Shown here in pieces: positions 10,209 through 19,666 of a stretch of DNA of 64,000 nucleotides. Under the pieces are notes generated by a model. That model was not told the DNA's origin and made no database searches. It saw only the letters and a program-made list of their open reading frames with translations. Positions within the stretch are counted from its first letter, which is position 1. Every line of letters starts with the position of its first letter. Origin of the DNA: an uncultured bacterium (GTDB lineage: Bacteria; SAR324; NAC60-12); assembly GCA_965662235.1 (NCBI GenBank), contig CBFIGY010000003.1, positions 1 through 64,000 of the forward strand, given 5' to 3'. Both the position numbers and the translations under genes were made by a program.

Positions 10209-11782
10209 ACGCAGCAGACCCCATTCCGAATCCCGCCCTTCCCACTGAACTCCTCCGGCGTCTTGCAGATGCAGCGACCATGAAGGAGATGGACCGCCAC
10301 GCCATTGAAGACCTTGGGCTTCCGGGCGTGGTGCTGATGGAAAACGCGGCCCGGAGTGTGGTCGACCAGCTCGACCGGGAGGTCCTGCGAGAACGTCCCA
10401 AGGCCCGGATCGTTGTCTGCTGTGGCAAAGGCAACAACGGAGGCGACGGTTTTGCAGCAGCCCGTCTGCTGGCAAACCGCGGGTACCGCGTCACGGTTGT
10501 CGATGCCGGAGAGGCGCAGACGCCGGATGCCCGACACAACCAGAAGCTCTGGCAGCACTTTGGGGAAAGCGTTTCGTACCCCAGTCCAGATGCCACACGT
10601 CGACTGGAGAAGGCCGACGTCATCCTGGATGCCATCTTTGGCATTGGTCTGGAACGTCCGGTGGAAGGCGCCTACCGGGAGTGGATTGAGACCATGAATG
10701 CCAACGAGCAGGCCATCCGGGTGGCGCTGGATGTGCCCTCGGGAGTTTCCAGCGATGACAGCCGGGTGATGGGCCTAGCGGTGCAGTGTCACTTCACCAT
10801 CAGCTTCCAGTTCGGCAAGCCCGGATGCTTTCAGCAACCCGGCTCCAGCTACTGCGGACGCATCACCGTTCCTGACATCTCCATTCCGCCCAAGTGGCCC
10901 CCACACGCGCCCCAGACCTGGCGACTCACCCGAGCCTTCACCCGGGCCCTCCTTCCGCCGCTTCCGGCAGATGGACACAAGGGCACCTTTGGGCACCTGC
11001 TCACGGTCTGTGGCTCCGCAGGCATGGGAGGCGCGGCCTTGCTTGCGTCGCTGAGCGCTTTGAAGAATGGCGCCGGCTTGGTCACCGCCTGTGTTCCCGG
11101 GGTGCTCCGAGACCGGCTTCCCGGGGGGGCACCGGAACTGATGACCCTCTCGCCTCCGGGCGAGCAAACGGTCTTTCGCGAAGAAGACAGCGACTTTGTG
11201 GAAAATGCTGCCCACCAGCGTTCCGGAGTGGTCCTGGGGTGCGGATTGGGGCGGCACCCAGACACCGAAAACCTTGTCCGCCAGCTGCTGCCCCGGATCA
11301 AGAAACCGCTGGTCCTCGACGCTGATGGCCTCAACGCCGTGACTCCCGACCTGCTCCGGTTCCGGGACTTCCCCACCATCCTCACCCCGCATCCGGGGGA
11401 ACTGGCACGGTTGAGCGGCCTGAGCGTGGAAGGCATTCAGGTCGCCCGTCTGGAGACGGTTCGACGGTTGGCGCAGGAGTGGAAGGTGGTGCTGGTGCTG
11501 AAGGGAGCCCAGACGGTGATCGGGGATCCCGAAGGGCGTCTTTACCTCAATCCGACGGGAAACGTCGGGCTGGCAACAGCGGGGTCTGGAGACGTGCTGG
11601 CAGGGGTCATTGGCTCCTTCTTGGCTCAGGGCCTGAGCCCGGTGGCAGCGGCGCTGGCGGGGGTCTACCTCCATGGTGCTGCAGCCGACAGCCTCGTGCG
11701 CGAAGGTCTCCCGCCGTGCACCCTCACGGCGTCTGACCTCTTCCGGGGGCTGGGGCTGGCCCGGCAACGCCTGAGCACCTAA
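10205..11782 (+). CDS. nnr: Bifunctional NAD(P)H-hydrate epimerase/dehydratase (YjeF)
   Basis: CGKGNNGGDG, DAIFGIG, HKGTFG, LTPHPGE, LATAGSGDVLAG. Confidence 0.95.
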   Translation: MNAADPIPNPALPTELLRRLADAATMKEMDRHAIEDLGLPGVVLMENAARSVVDQLDREVLRERPKARIVVCCGKGNNGGDGFAAARLLANRGYRVTVVDAGEAQTPDARHNQKLWQHFGESVSYPSPDATRRLEKADVILDAIFGIGLERPVEGAYREWIETMNANEQAIRVALDVPSGVSSDDSRVMGLAVQCHFTISFQFGKPGCFQQPGSSYCGRITVPDISIPPKWPPHAPQTWRLTRAFTRALLPPLPADGHKGTFGHLLTVCGSAGMGGAALLASLSALKNGAGLVTACVPGVLRDRLPGGAPELMTLSPPGEQTVFREEDSDFVENAAHQRSGVVLGCGLGRHPDTENLVRQLLPRIKKPLVLDADGLNAVTPDLLRFRDFPTILTPHPGELARLSGLSVEGIQVARLETVRRLAQEWKVVLVLKGAQTVIGDPEGRLYLNPTGNVGLATAGSGDVLAGVIGSFLAQGLSPVAAALAGVYLHGAAADSLVREGLPPCTLTASDLFRGLGLARQRLST

Positions 11783-12687
11783 CCTTCAGCCAGCCACTCA
11801 TTGAGGATCCGGCGGGCAATCGAGTCCGGACGCGGCAACCGAAAGGCACCTTCTTGCGGCAGCCGCCGGAGCTCCTCCCGTGTGAACCACTGGGCCGACT
11901 CCAGCTCCTCCGGATGCACCGAAAGCTCTGTGCTGGTGGCTTCAACCGTGAAGCCCAGCATGATTGAGGCGGGAAACGGCCAGGGCTGAGACGAGTGGTA
12001 GCGGGGCGCTCCCACATGCAGACCCACCTCTTCCCACACCTCACGAGCGACCGCGTCTTCTAGGCTCTCACCCGGTTCCACAAACCCTGCCAAAATGGAG
12101 TGCATTCCCGGAGGCCACTGCGGCTGACGTCCCAGCACCACCCGGTCTTCTTGGTGAACCAGCATGATCACTGCAGGATCCGTCCGGGGGAAGTGACTCG
12201 TCTCACAGCTGGGGCAGCGTTTGACGTGTCCGGCTTCACGGACCTCCAGCAGCGTGCCACACCCCGAGCAGTACCGAGTCCGTTCACTCCAAAGCACCAT
12301 GCCCCGGGCGTAAGCCAAGATGGCGCCGTCTTCTGCAGAAAGACCCGGACCAACCTGCCTCAGGTCGGCAAACAAGCCCGAGGGGGCTTCCAGCGCCTCG
12401 GCAGCGGTGGAAACCTCCAGGGCAAAGTATGCTCGCTCCGCCCACGTTCCCAAGAAGATCCCGTGTTCCAGCAGCTCCAACCCGGTCCCCTGCAGGGCCT
12501 GAGGATTCAGCCAGTCTGCTGCCAGTGTGTCTGGCGTGACCCGGCTGTGGGTTCCATGGACGGCCACCACGCGGGTTTCAGGAGACTGCGCCTGCTGCTG
12601 CAACCAGTCTCGATCAGACCGGAGGTGCGTGGCCCGGTCCAGGGGACCGGAGGCATAGGCGTTCACGGAGCGAGTCAGGGCGTTCAT
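11779..12687 (-). CDS. nudC: NAD(+) diphosphatase (NUDIX)
   Basis: CSGCG...CPSC zinc finger, FPRTDPAVI, GFVEPGESLEDAVAREVWEEVG, SQPWPFPAS. Confidence 0.95.
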   Translation of the reverse strand: MNALTRSVNAYASGPLDRATHLRSDRDWLQQQAQSPETRVVAVHGTHSRVTPDTLAADWLNPQALQGTGLELLEHGIFLGTWAERAYFALEVSTAAEALEAPSGLFADLRQVGPGLSAEDGAILAYARGMVLWSERTRYCSGCGTLLEVREAGHVKRCPSCETSHFPRTDPAVIMLVHQEDRVVLGRQPQWPPGMHSILAGFVEPGESLEDAVAREVWEEVGLHVGAPRYHSSQPWPFPASIMLGFTVEATSTELSVHPEELESAQWFTREELRRLPQEGAFRLPRPDSIARRILNEWLAEG

Positions 12688-13751
12688 GGGCGAGGTCGTG
12701 ATTGTAGAGTGACAGAAATTTTTTGTTCCTTTTCGTCCCGGAGGATGGTCAGCACCACGGTATCACCGGCCTGGTGGTCTTCAATCTGAGAAGCCAGGTC
12801 CTCAAAGCTTTCCACCTTTTCTCCATCAACAGCGGTGATGAGGTCACCGCCCCACGGCACCTGATAACGGCCGACCACCATGGTCTGCGAGGCGCCTCGG
12901 ACGCCACTCTCTGCAGCCGGTCCTCCGCGAACCACCTGAGCCACCAGCAGTCCTGGAGGAATCTGCATGCCCAGCCGCTGCAGGAAGACTGTCGGAATGG
13001 GCTCCACCCCCAGCCACGGACGCCGAACGTAACCGTACTCCAGCAGGTCCGGGAGCGCCCGCTTGACCGTGTCAATCGGAACGGCAAAGCCGATGCCGAC
13101 GCTTCCGGCGGCGCCAATGATTGCGGTGTTGATGCCAATCACACGTCCGTCACTGTCCAGCAGCGGGCCTCCGGAGTTTCCGGGATTGATTGCAGCATCG
13201 GTCTGGATGATGCCACTGATCTTGCGTCCGTTCTTGGCATCAATGGTCCGTCCCAGTGCGCTGATGATGCCAGTGGTGAGGGTCTGGCGGAGGCCAAACG
13301 GATTCCCAAGGGCCAGCACCTTCTGCCCCACCTGCACTTCACTGGAGTTCGCTAGGTCCAGGGTGCCGTACTGGTCAGGCGAAGCCTGAATGCGCAGCAC
13401 CGCTAGGTCGTTGTTCGGATCGGTCCCCACCACCTCTGCCGGCCACTGGCTGTTGTCAGAGAGCGTGGCCACCAGCTTCTGAGCCCCTTCAATGACGTGG
13501 TAGTTCGTGAGGATGGTTCCACTCCGGTCAATGAGGAACCCTGTTCCGGTCCCCTGTCCGGTGGGAACCGGGCGGTAGAAGTAGTCGTAGTTCATCGCCA
13601 GATTGGTGATGTTGACAACCGCCTTGGTGGCATTTTCGTAGATCCGGATGTTTTCTCGCTCATCTTCCGACAAGCGACTGGCTGCGCTCAGCAGCGAAAC
13701 CGGTAAGAGCAGGAGCAGCAGGGCTCCAATGAGTCGTGTTTTCCAACGCAT
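12684..13751 (-). CDS. HtrA/DegP-like trypsin serine protease with a single PDZ domain
   Basis: Signal peptide, LTNYHV, DLAVL, QTDAAINPGNSGGP, C-terminal PDZ. Confidence 0.92.
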   Translation of the reverse strand: MRWKTRLIGALLLLLLPVSLLSAASRLSEDERENIRIYENATKAVVNITNLAMNYDYFYRPVPTGQGTGTGFLIDRSGTILTNYHVIEGAQKLVATLSDNSQWPAEVVGTDPNNDLAVLRIQASPDQYGTLDLANSSEVQVGQKVLALGNPFGLRQTLTTGIISALGRTIDAKNGRKISGIIQTDAAINPGNSGGPLLDSDGRVIGINTAIIGAAGSVGIGFAVPIDTVKRALPDLLEYGYVRRPWLGVEPIPTVFLQRLGMQIPPGLLVAQVVRGGPAAESGVRGASQTMVVGRYQVPWGGDLITAVDGEKVESFEDLASQIEDHQAGDTVVLTILRDEKEQKISVTLQSRPRP

Positions 13752-13886
13752 GGTCACCTTTTTTTGAGTCGTTTCGTAAAGGATTCGTGAACAATCAGGT
13801 GGCTGAAGCAACCTGACCTGGTTTCAACGGTACCTTGTCGAATTTGCCGTAGACTTTCCTCAAAATTACAATTTTGAAAGGGATTT

Positions 13887-14627
13887 TCAAGCAAGCAAAC
13901 GTCCTCCGTCCACGGCCATGACGGTTCCGGTGACAAAGTCGGACTCAATCAGGTACTGAGCCGCCCGGGTGACATCGCTGGCAGCACCGATGCGCTGGAG
14001 GAGGCTGCGCTGGAGGGACTGTTCAATGCCAAAAGCGTCTGACTCCGGAGGGGGCAGCACCGTCCCGGGGGCAATGCCGTTGACCTGAAGGTGAGGGGCC
14101 AGCGTCTTCGCCAACCCCTGAGTCAACGACGCCAGTCCAGCCTTGGTGGCGCTGTAGGGCAAAAAGCTGGGCCACGGACGCTCAGCGGCCACATCCACTA
14201 TGTTGATGATCTTTCCTTCCTGCCGAGGAAGCATGCGCGCCGCAACCGCCTGAGCGAGGAAAAACGGAGCCTTGAGGTTGAGCGAAAAGAGGTGATCCCA
14301 GTCAGCTTCCGTGACCTCGAGGAAGGGCGTTGGAAAGAAATCTGCGGCGTTGTTCACCAGCACCGCAATCGGTCCCAGCTGCGTCTCCACGCGGTCCACC
14401 AGGTCCGGAAGCGCCTCCACTTGCCGGAGGTCAGCCGCAAACAGGGCATGCCGTTGCGGATCTGCCGCAGCGCCTTTTAGCTGCTGGAGTGTTTCGTTTG
14501 CTCCTGTTTCCGACCGGTGGTAGTGTACCCCAATTCGCATTCCCAGTTGAGACAGGTGTAGGGCCAGGGCTTGCCCCAGCCGGACACCGGCTCCTGTGAC
14601 CAGTGCGACCCGATTCTGAACATCCAT
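13887..14627 (-). CDS. SDR oxidoreductase, pteridine reductase/FolM-like
   Basis: TGAGVRLG, VHYHRS, LVNNA, YSATK, VNGIAPG. Confidence 0.85.
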   Translation of the reverse strand: MDVQNRVALVTGAGVRLGQALALHLSQLGMRIGVHYHRSETGANETLQQLKGAAADPQRHALFAADLRQVEALPDLVDRVETQLGPIAVLVNNAADFFPTPFLEVTEADWDHLFSLNLKAPFFLAQAVAARMLPRQEGKIINIVDVAAERPWPSFLPYSATKAGLASLTQGLAKTLAPHLQVNGIAPGTVLPPPESDAFGIEQSLQRSLLQRIGAASDVTRAAQYLIESDFVTGTVMAVDGGRLLA

Positions 14628-14642
14628 GGACTTGTGTTTCGT

Positions 14643-15644
14643 ATGAAGGTGTCTGAGCGCCCGGTGCTGGGCCTAACCCTGGGTGACCCCAATGGCATTG
14701 GCCCTGAGGTCACCCTCCGGGCCTTGAAGGAGCTGGCCCCGTTTTCCACCTGGCAACCCCTGATCTTTGGTGACCTGGAGGTGCTGCAGGCCGTCAATGC
14801 CGCGCTGGGAAGCCCCGTGCGCCTCCAGCCCTGGCAACCGGAGACGCCGTTCCCAGAGCCTCCGCACGTGCCGGTGCTGGACCTCGCGGTGCAGGAGGGA
14901 CGACGCTGGGAGCTGGGCACCTGCTGCGCCTGGGGAGGCGCCTCGGCGTTTCGGTTTGTGCGAGAGGCCATTGAGTGGGCGAAGGACCAGCGGATCGCAG
15001 CTCTTGTCACCGCTCCGTTGGCCAAGGAAGCGCTACAGGCCGCAGGGCATCCGTTTCCCGGACACACCGAGCTGCTCTCCCACTACACCACTGGTGCGCG
15101 GTCGGTAATGATGCTGGCTGTGGATCAACTCCGTGCCACTATGGTGACGCTTCACCTGTCCCTGCGTCAAGTGCTGGAAACGTTAAATGCGGCGTTGGTG
15201 GAGGAAGTGCTGGTGATCACGCATGAAGCGCTCATCCGGATGGGCATTCCCACCCCCCGGCTGGTGCTGCCGGGCCTGAACCCGCACGCTGGAGAGAATG
15301 GGCTCTTTGGCACAGAGGAGCAGGAAATCCTGCAGCCAGCCCTCGAACGAGCACGACGCGCCGGCCTGCAGGTCACAGGGCCCCTGCCTCCGGACACGGT
15401 CTTCTTCCGACACCGCCAGGGGGAGTTTGACGCGGTTGTCGCGCTTTACCACGACCAAGCCCTCATTCCCCTCAAGCTCATCGGGTTCGACCGCGCAGTG
15501 AACATCACCCTCGGGCTGCCCATCATCCGCACCTCCGTTGATCACGGAACCGCCTTCGACCGCGCCCCCCGCTTTGAGGCCCACCCGGGCTCCATGATCG
15601 CCGCCATCACCATGGCGCGGCAAATGGCCACCAACCAGCCTTGA
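14643..15644 (+). CDS. pdxA: 4-hydroxythreonine-4-phosphate dehydrogenase
   Basis: GDPNGIGPE, FPGHTE, GLNPHAGE, YHDQALIPLK, RTSVDHGTAFD. Confidence 0.95.
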   Translation: MKVSERPVLGLTLGDPNGIGPEVTLRALKELAPFSTWQPLIFGDLEVLQAVNAALGSPVRLQPWQPETPFPEPPHVPVLDLAVQEGRRWELGTCCAWGGASAFRFVREAIEWAKDQRIAALVTAPLAKEALQAAGHPFPGHTELLSHYTTGARSVMMLAVDQLRATMVTLHLSLRQVLETLNAALVEEVLVITHEALIRMGIPTPRLVLPGLNPHAGENGLFGTEEQEILQPALERARRAGLQVTGPLPPDTVFFRHRQGEFDAVVALYHDQALIPLKLIGFDRAVNITLGLPIIRTSVDHGTAFDRAPRFEAHPGSMIAAITMARQMATNQP

Positions 15645-15943
15645 GTCTGCTACCGGCCCCAAAGAGGCGCGTTTGTCGACGCGGCGCACGCCTTTCTGTT
15701 CTTGTGCTTGGGCTCTGGGGACTGGTGAGTTGCAGCAGCGGAGGCTTCAGCGGAACCGGACCGCGACACCGGGTCACGTGTCATGGGAACACGCAGACGT
15801 GGCTCGACTGTGAGCGGCGGGCCAACCAGATCTGTGAGGAGGGATTTGTGGAGCTGAGCCGGCGGCAACAGGCCGGCCACGCGCTGACGCTGGGAGTCGC
15901 CATTCCCGCTTGGGAACGAGCGTTGGTGATCCGCTGTCGCTGA
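15641..15943 (+). CDS. Small putative lipoprotein with Cys residues
   Basis: Lipobox-like LVSC; VTC..W..C...A..IC..G pattern; ends LVIRC; overlaps pdxA stop. Confidence 0.55.
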   Translation: MSLLPAPKRRVCRRGARLSVLVLGLWGLVSCSSGGFSGTGPRHRVTCHGNTQTWLDCERRANQICEEGFVELSRRQQAGHALTLGVAIPAWERALVIRCR

Positions 15944-15962
15944 AAACGGGGCGCCAGTGGGG

Positions 15963-16241
15963 CTAGCGGATGATCCGCTCCGGGTGGGCCTGAGCAAACT
16001 GCTCGGCGTACTTCCCTAGGAACTGCATCAGGCGGTCAAACTGCTCCCGTGAGATGATTGCCTGAAACGTGAACTCTCCCTCTTCGGCCCACTCCCGATC
16101 CAAGACCGCCTGCTCGGCTTCCGACATCATCACCGGCAGCAAAAGCTCCAGGGTGTCGGCATGCTGGGCGCCAAGGACGTACTCCTGACCGGGGCGGTAC
16201 CCGGTCACATTCACTGGGCCGTAGGGCGTTGAGATAAACAT
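15963..16241 (-). CDS. Hypothetical protein
   Basis: 92-aa ORF with protein-like composition; no family recognised. Confidence 0.5.
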   Translation of the reverse strand: MFISTPYGPVNVTGYRPGQEYVLGAQHADTLELLLPVMMSEAEQAVLDREWAEEGEFTFQAIISREQFDRLMQFLGKYAEQFAQAHPERIIR

Positions 16242-16471
16242 AAGGGGGCTCACGTGGAACAAGTGATGAGGACAAATGCACTCAGGCATCTTCCTCGATT
16301 CCTGTCCTAAAAACAATCCCTAAGATTGGAAACATTTGACCTCATGTTTCCATGAATGGTCTTTCAGCCTTCTGATTGAGCTATTTTCGGAAAAAAAATT
16401 TTTGTCCGCAGAAAGCGAATTTCAGTCGCCCATCTTGTGTCTCCGTCGGCCTCATTGTGACCGAAGTGGGG

Positions 16472-17482
16472 TTAGACCACGTCAGATCCTCCTCCGCCGG
16501 CAATGACGATCTTGCCTTCCTCTTCGAGCTTCTTGACCACCTTGATGATCTTCTGCTGAGCGCCTTCGACATCAGAAACCTTGACAGGCCCGAGGTTCTC
16601 CAGATCGTCTCGGACCATCTCAGCCGCCCGGGAGGACATGGAGCTGAAGATGAGCTCCCGGATGGCGTCGCTGGCGGTTTTGAGAGCCAGCACCATGTCC
16701 GCCTGATCGACGTCCTTGAGGACGGTCTGCATCTGTTTGGAGTCGATGAGGGAGAGGTCCTCGAAGGTGAACATGAGTTCACGGATGGATTCGGCCAGGT
16801 CCGGGTTCGATTCCTCGATGGTCGCCAGGATCCGGGTCTCCGTCGCCTTGTCCACAGCGTTGAGGATTTCAGCCACTGGGGCAATTCCACCCACCTTTGC
16901 GGCACTTGTTCCAGCAACTTTCATTTCTTCTGCCAGTGCATCATTGATTTCAGTCACCACCCCAGGCGGGATGCTCTCTAGGGTTGCCATCCGGAACATC
17001 ACATCAGACTGCACATTTTCCGGAAGGGCCCGGAGCACCGAGGCCTGCTGATCCACGTTGGTCAGGTAAGAGAGGATCAGCGCAATCGTCTGCGGGTGCT
17101 CGCCGCGGACGTAGTTGGAGATCATGATCGGCTCGGCAAACCGCAGCGAGTCCAAGCCGCCTTCCTCGTTTCCAGAGCGGAGGTTGCCTTCCAGTTCCTT
17201 CGCCTTGTCGGGCCCCAACGCCTTGGTGAGGGCGTTGCGGACAAAGTCCGGAGAGTTGTCCAGCGAGACCCCCTCTTCCTGCATCACGGAGTTCCGGTAG
17301 AACTCCTCCAGCACAATGTCCAACTCCTCTGGCGCCACATCCGTGAAGCGGGTCATGAAGTAACCGACCTGCTGGATCTCCTGCTCATCAAGGTTCTTCA
17401 TGATCTCGGCGGCACCTTCTTCTCCTAACGCCAGAAGCAGGATCGCCGCTTTTTTGGGACCGGTTAGCTTACCAACACTCAT
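16472..17482 (-). CDS. fliG: Flagellar motor switch protein FliG
   Basis: KAAILLLALG, EHPQTIALIL, MFTFEDL, MSSRAAEMVRDD, AQQKI. Confidence 0.95.
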   Translation of the reverse strand: MSVGKLTGPKKAAILLLALGEEGAAEIMKNLDEQEIQQVGYFMTRFTDVAPEELDIVLEEFYRNSVMQEEGVSLDNSPDFVRNALTKALGPDKAKELEGNLRSGNEEGGLDSLRFAEPIMISNYVRGEHPQTIALILSYLTNVDQQASVLRALPENVQSDVMFRMATLESIPPGVVTEINDALAEEMKVAGTSAAKVGGIAPVAEILNAVDKATETRILATIEESNPDLAESIRELMFTFEDLSLIDSKQMQTVLKDVDQADMVLALKTASDAIRELIFSSMSSRAAEMVRDDLENLGPVKVSDVEGAQQKIIKVVKKLEEEGKIVIAGGGGSDVV

Positions 17483-17995
17483 AAGGCCTAACTGACAGGA
17501 AGTCCATGACACAAGGGGAAATCCCAGCCGGGGAGGCCCAGATCCGTTACCTTGTTTCCTCGGACGGGTTGTGTGTTTGTTTGTGAAGCGTGGGGGGTTC
17601 CGGACATGCTGAGCGTGCGTTGCGCTGGCTCACCACGTGGAAGCAATCATGCACGTTAGCACCAATTGCGGCAATTGCCTATCCCTTTTCGACAAAGAAA
17701 GGCCCGCTTCCTCAGCGGCTCCCGTACGCGTCCCTTCCCTTACATTCAATATCTGCTCCAAAGTCTTTACGGAGTGAAAGGCTGCTCTTCAAAAACGTGG
17801 GGGCGACTTCGGTCAGTGAGGGGCCTGCATTGAGAGCGTGAGGACCAGCGGTTCCCCGGGTGCTGCGCTCCCGCTTCCTGCAGAAGGTCGGCGGCTCTAG
17901 CGTCTTGAAGGTCGTCAAGCACCTGTAAAAGCGCAGCAAATCGAAGGGAGGCCTGTGGGAAGGGAGGGATTTGCCGACAGGGCGAGAAAAAGGGC

Positions 17996-18022
17996 TAAAC
18001 CTTTCGGGGCAAGTGCCGATGA
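17996..18022 (+). promoter_or_regulatory. Putative sigma28 (FliA) promoter
   Basis: TAAA-N15-GCCGATGA, one mismatch to TAAA-N15-GCCGATAA, 57 nt before ATG 18080. Confidence 0.65.
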
Positions 18023-18079
18023 GGGAACCGGACCCCATGAGGGTCAGCCACATCAACGCTAGGGAGTCAGAAGGGAGCC

Positions 18080-18436
18080 ATGACCGAGCACGTTGCCGCA
18101 GAAGAGAAGACGGAGGCCGATCCGCAGTGGGTGGAGGAGCATTCCCAGGAGATTGAGCAGTGGGTGGAGGAAAACCCCCAGGTCAACAAAATTGTCACCC
18201 CCGTTGGGGACGTCACCTACTGGGCCAAGTGGATTGGCAACGTCTTTGTCATCATTGGGGTGCTGATGACCGGTGCCGACCTCTATCCCTGGAACCTGGT
18301 CCCGGCCCTTATTGGCAATGTCCTCTGGGGATACGTCGGAGCCCTCTGGAACGACCGGGCCCTGGTGGTCCTGCAGTCCTTCCTCACCGGTGTTCTCTCC
18401 ATGAGCCTGGTGGATTTCCTCAAAGCCAGTGTTTAG
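18080..18436 (+). CDS. Small membrane protein, DUF6552-like
   Basis: KW...YPWNL...GNVLW..VG.LWNDRAL pattern; SD gggag; acidic N-terminal extension. Confidence 0.65.
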   Translation: MTEHVAAEEKTEADPQWVEEHSQEIEQWVEENPQVNKIVTPVGDVTYWAKWIGNVFVIIGVLMTGADLYPWNLVPALIGNVLWGYVGALWNDRALVVLQSFLTGVLSMSLVDFLKASV

Positions 18437-18847
18437 CCTTGACGGGTTCAGGGAAACGGAGGGGGTTCGCGGAAGGGCGAAGCAGCATGCGGAAGTGAGG
18501 AGTCGGGAGCCGTCGGTGCTGTTTGAAGAAGGCTCCCTGAAAGCAGTCAGGCGATGTTGGCCAAGACTGCCATGAGCAGCACAATTGCGCTGCAAAGGAG
18601 GATCAGCTTCAGCATCAAGTTCCGGAGCTAGAATTGAAAAAGTCACCGCTTGCACCGACCGTTGGTCGGCACTTGATAGGCGCGGCAATGAGCAAGTAGT
18701 ACTACAGTGGTCCTATTTAGAGCGCAACCAGAATCGGTTTTCAAATTATTTCAAAATCTTCCAATTCCTCACACATCCACTTACGCTCTTGAGGGAAACC
18801 TGCGCTCCGCGTCGCCTTGACCTTCCGTCTCCTTTCGAGCTTGCCCC

Positions 18848-19501
18848 ATGACCGCCTCCTCCCCTGTCTGGTACTTTGACCTCATTTCCCCTTTTGTTCA
18901 CCTGCAACTGGAACTGCAGGAAGCCCTCTTTGAGCAACTCCAGCCCCTCTGTCGCCCGGTGCTGTTTGGCGTCCTGCTCAAGCACCACGGACACCTCGGT
19001 CCGGCCGAGATCGACCGCAAACGCACCTTCACCTACCGTCACGTGCTCTGGAAGGCGCAGCAGGCCGGCCGCGTCATGAAGTTTCCTCCGGAGCACCCGT
19101 TTCGATCCCTCCCCTTTCAACGCCTGTGTGTGGGGCTGGAACAGGACTGGAAGGGCATCCGTGAGCTTTCGCGGTTCATCTGGCAGCAAGGACGCCTGCC
19201 TCAAAGCGAGGCCGACTGGCAGGACCTGTTCGCGCTCCGAGGGTGGAGTGTGGAGCAGGGGAACGCGCACCTGCAGGATCCCGCGGTCAAGCAGACCCTT
19301 GCGGACTTCACTGCAGAAGCGCTGGAACAAGGCGTCTTTGGGGTGCCCACGTTCCAGATCAATCAGGAACTCTTCTGGGGAGAAGACGCTCACTCCCTGA
19401 TGAAGGCCTACCTGGAAACACCGGACCTGTTTGAGCAGGAGCCCTTTCAGTCGCTTGCAGACCTGCCGATGGGCGTGGTGCGCCGTCCCCCAGCCTCCTG
19501 A
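18848..19501 (+). CDS. 2-hydroxychromene-2-carboxylate isomerase / GST-kappa (DsbA-fold) family protein
   Basis: WYFDLISPF, FPPEHPF, GVFGVPTF...LFWGED. Confidence 0.88.
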   Translation: MTASSPVWYFDLISPFVHLQLELQEALFEQLQPLCRPVLFGVLLKHHGHLGPAEIDRKRTFTYRHVLWKAQQAGRVMKFPPEHPFRSLPFQRLCVGLEQDWKGIRELSRFIWQQGRLPQSEADWQDLFALRGWSVEQGNAHLQDPAVKQTLADFTAEALEQGVFGVPTFQINQELFWGEDAHSLMKAYLETPDLFEQEPFQSLADLPMGVVRRPPAS

Positions 19502-19666
19502 GCCGACGCTCACCCGACCCGTGTGCTGACGCAGAGCCGGCCGGAAGTGGGTTCTTCCACGTAAGCGAGGAGGCCTTTCCCCAAGGCTGGCATGATTTTT
19601 GTTCGAGTTGGAGACAAGCCAAGCCGCTTGACCCGGCAAACTTTTTTTCTTGTCTCTCTCGACGCA

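Noticed and set aside
10205..12687. nnr and nudC adjacent as an NAD-repair module
   Set aside because: The genes are convergent and belong to separate transcription units, so the adjacency is not evidence of a system
17620..17690. Possible sigma54 promoter for fliG
   Set aside because: Candidate GG...GC pairs on the minus strand have 8-9 nt spacing rather than the required 10
18625..18675. GAGCTAGAA...TTGAAAAAGT...GCACCGACC-GTT-GGTCGG, superficially like pieces of a Cas9 tracr/sgRNA scaffold
   Set aside because: The matches are short and discontinuous, there is no anti-repeat or nexus, and no cas gene or CRISPR array is in the window; most likely chance plus a small hairpin
19502..19666. 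Possible SRP RNA or other ncRNA in this gap
   Set aside because: No SRP helix-8 motif (CAGG...GGAA...GCAG) on either strand and no convincing long stem
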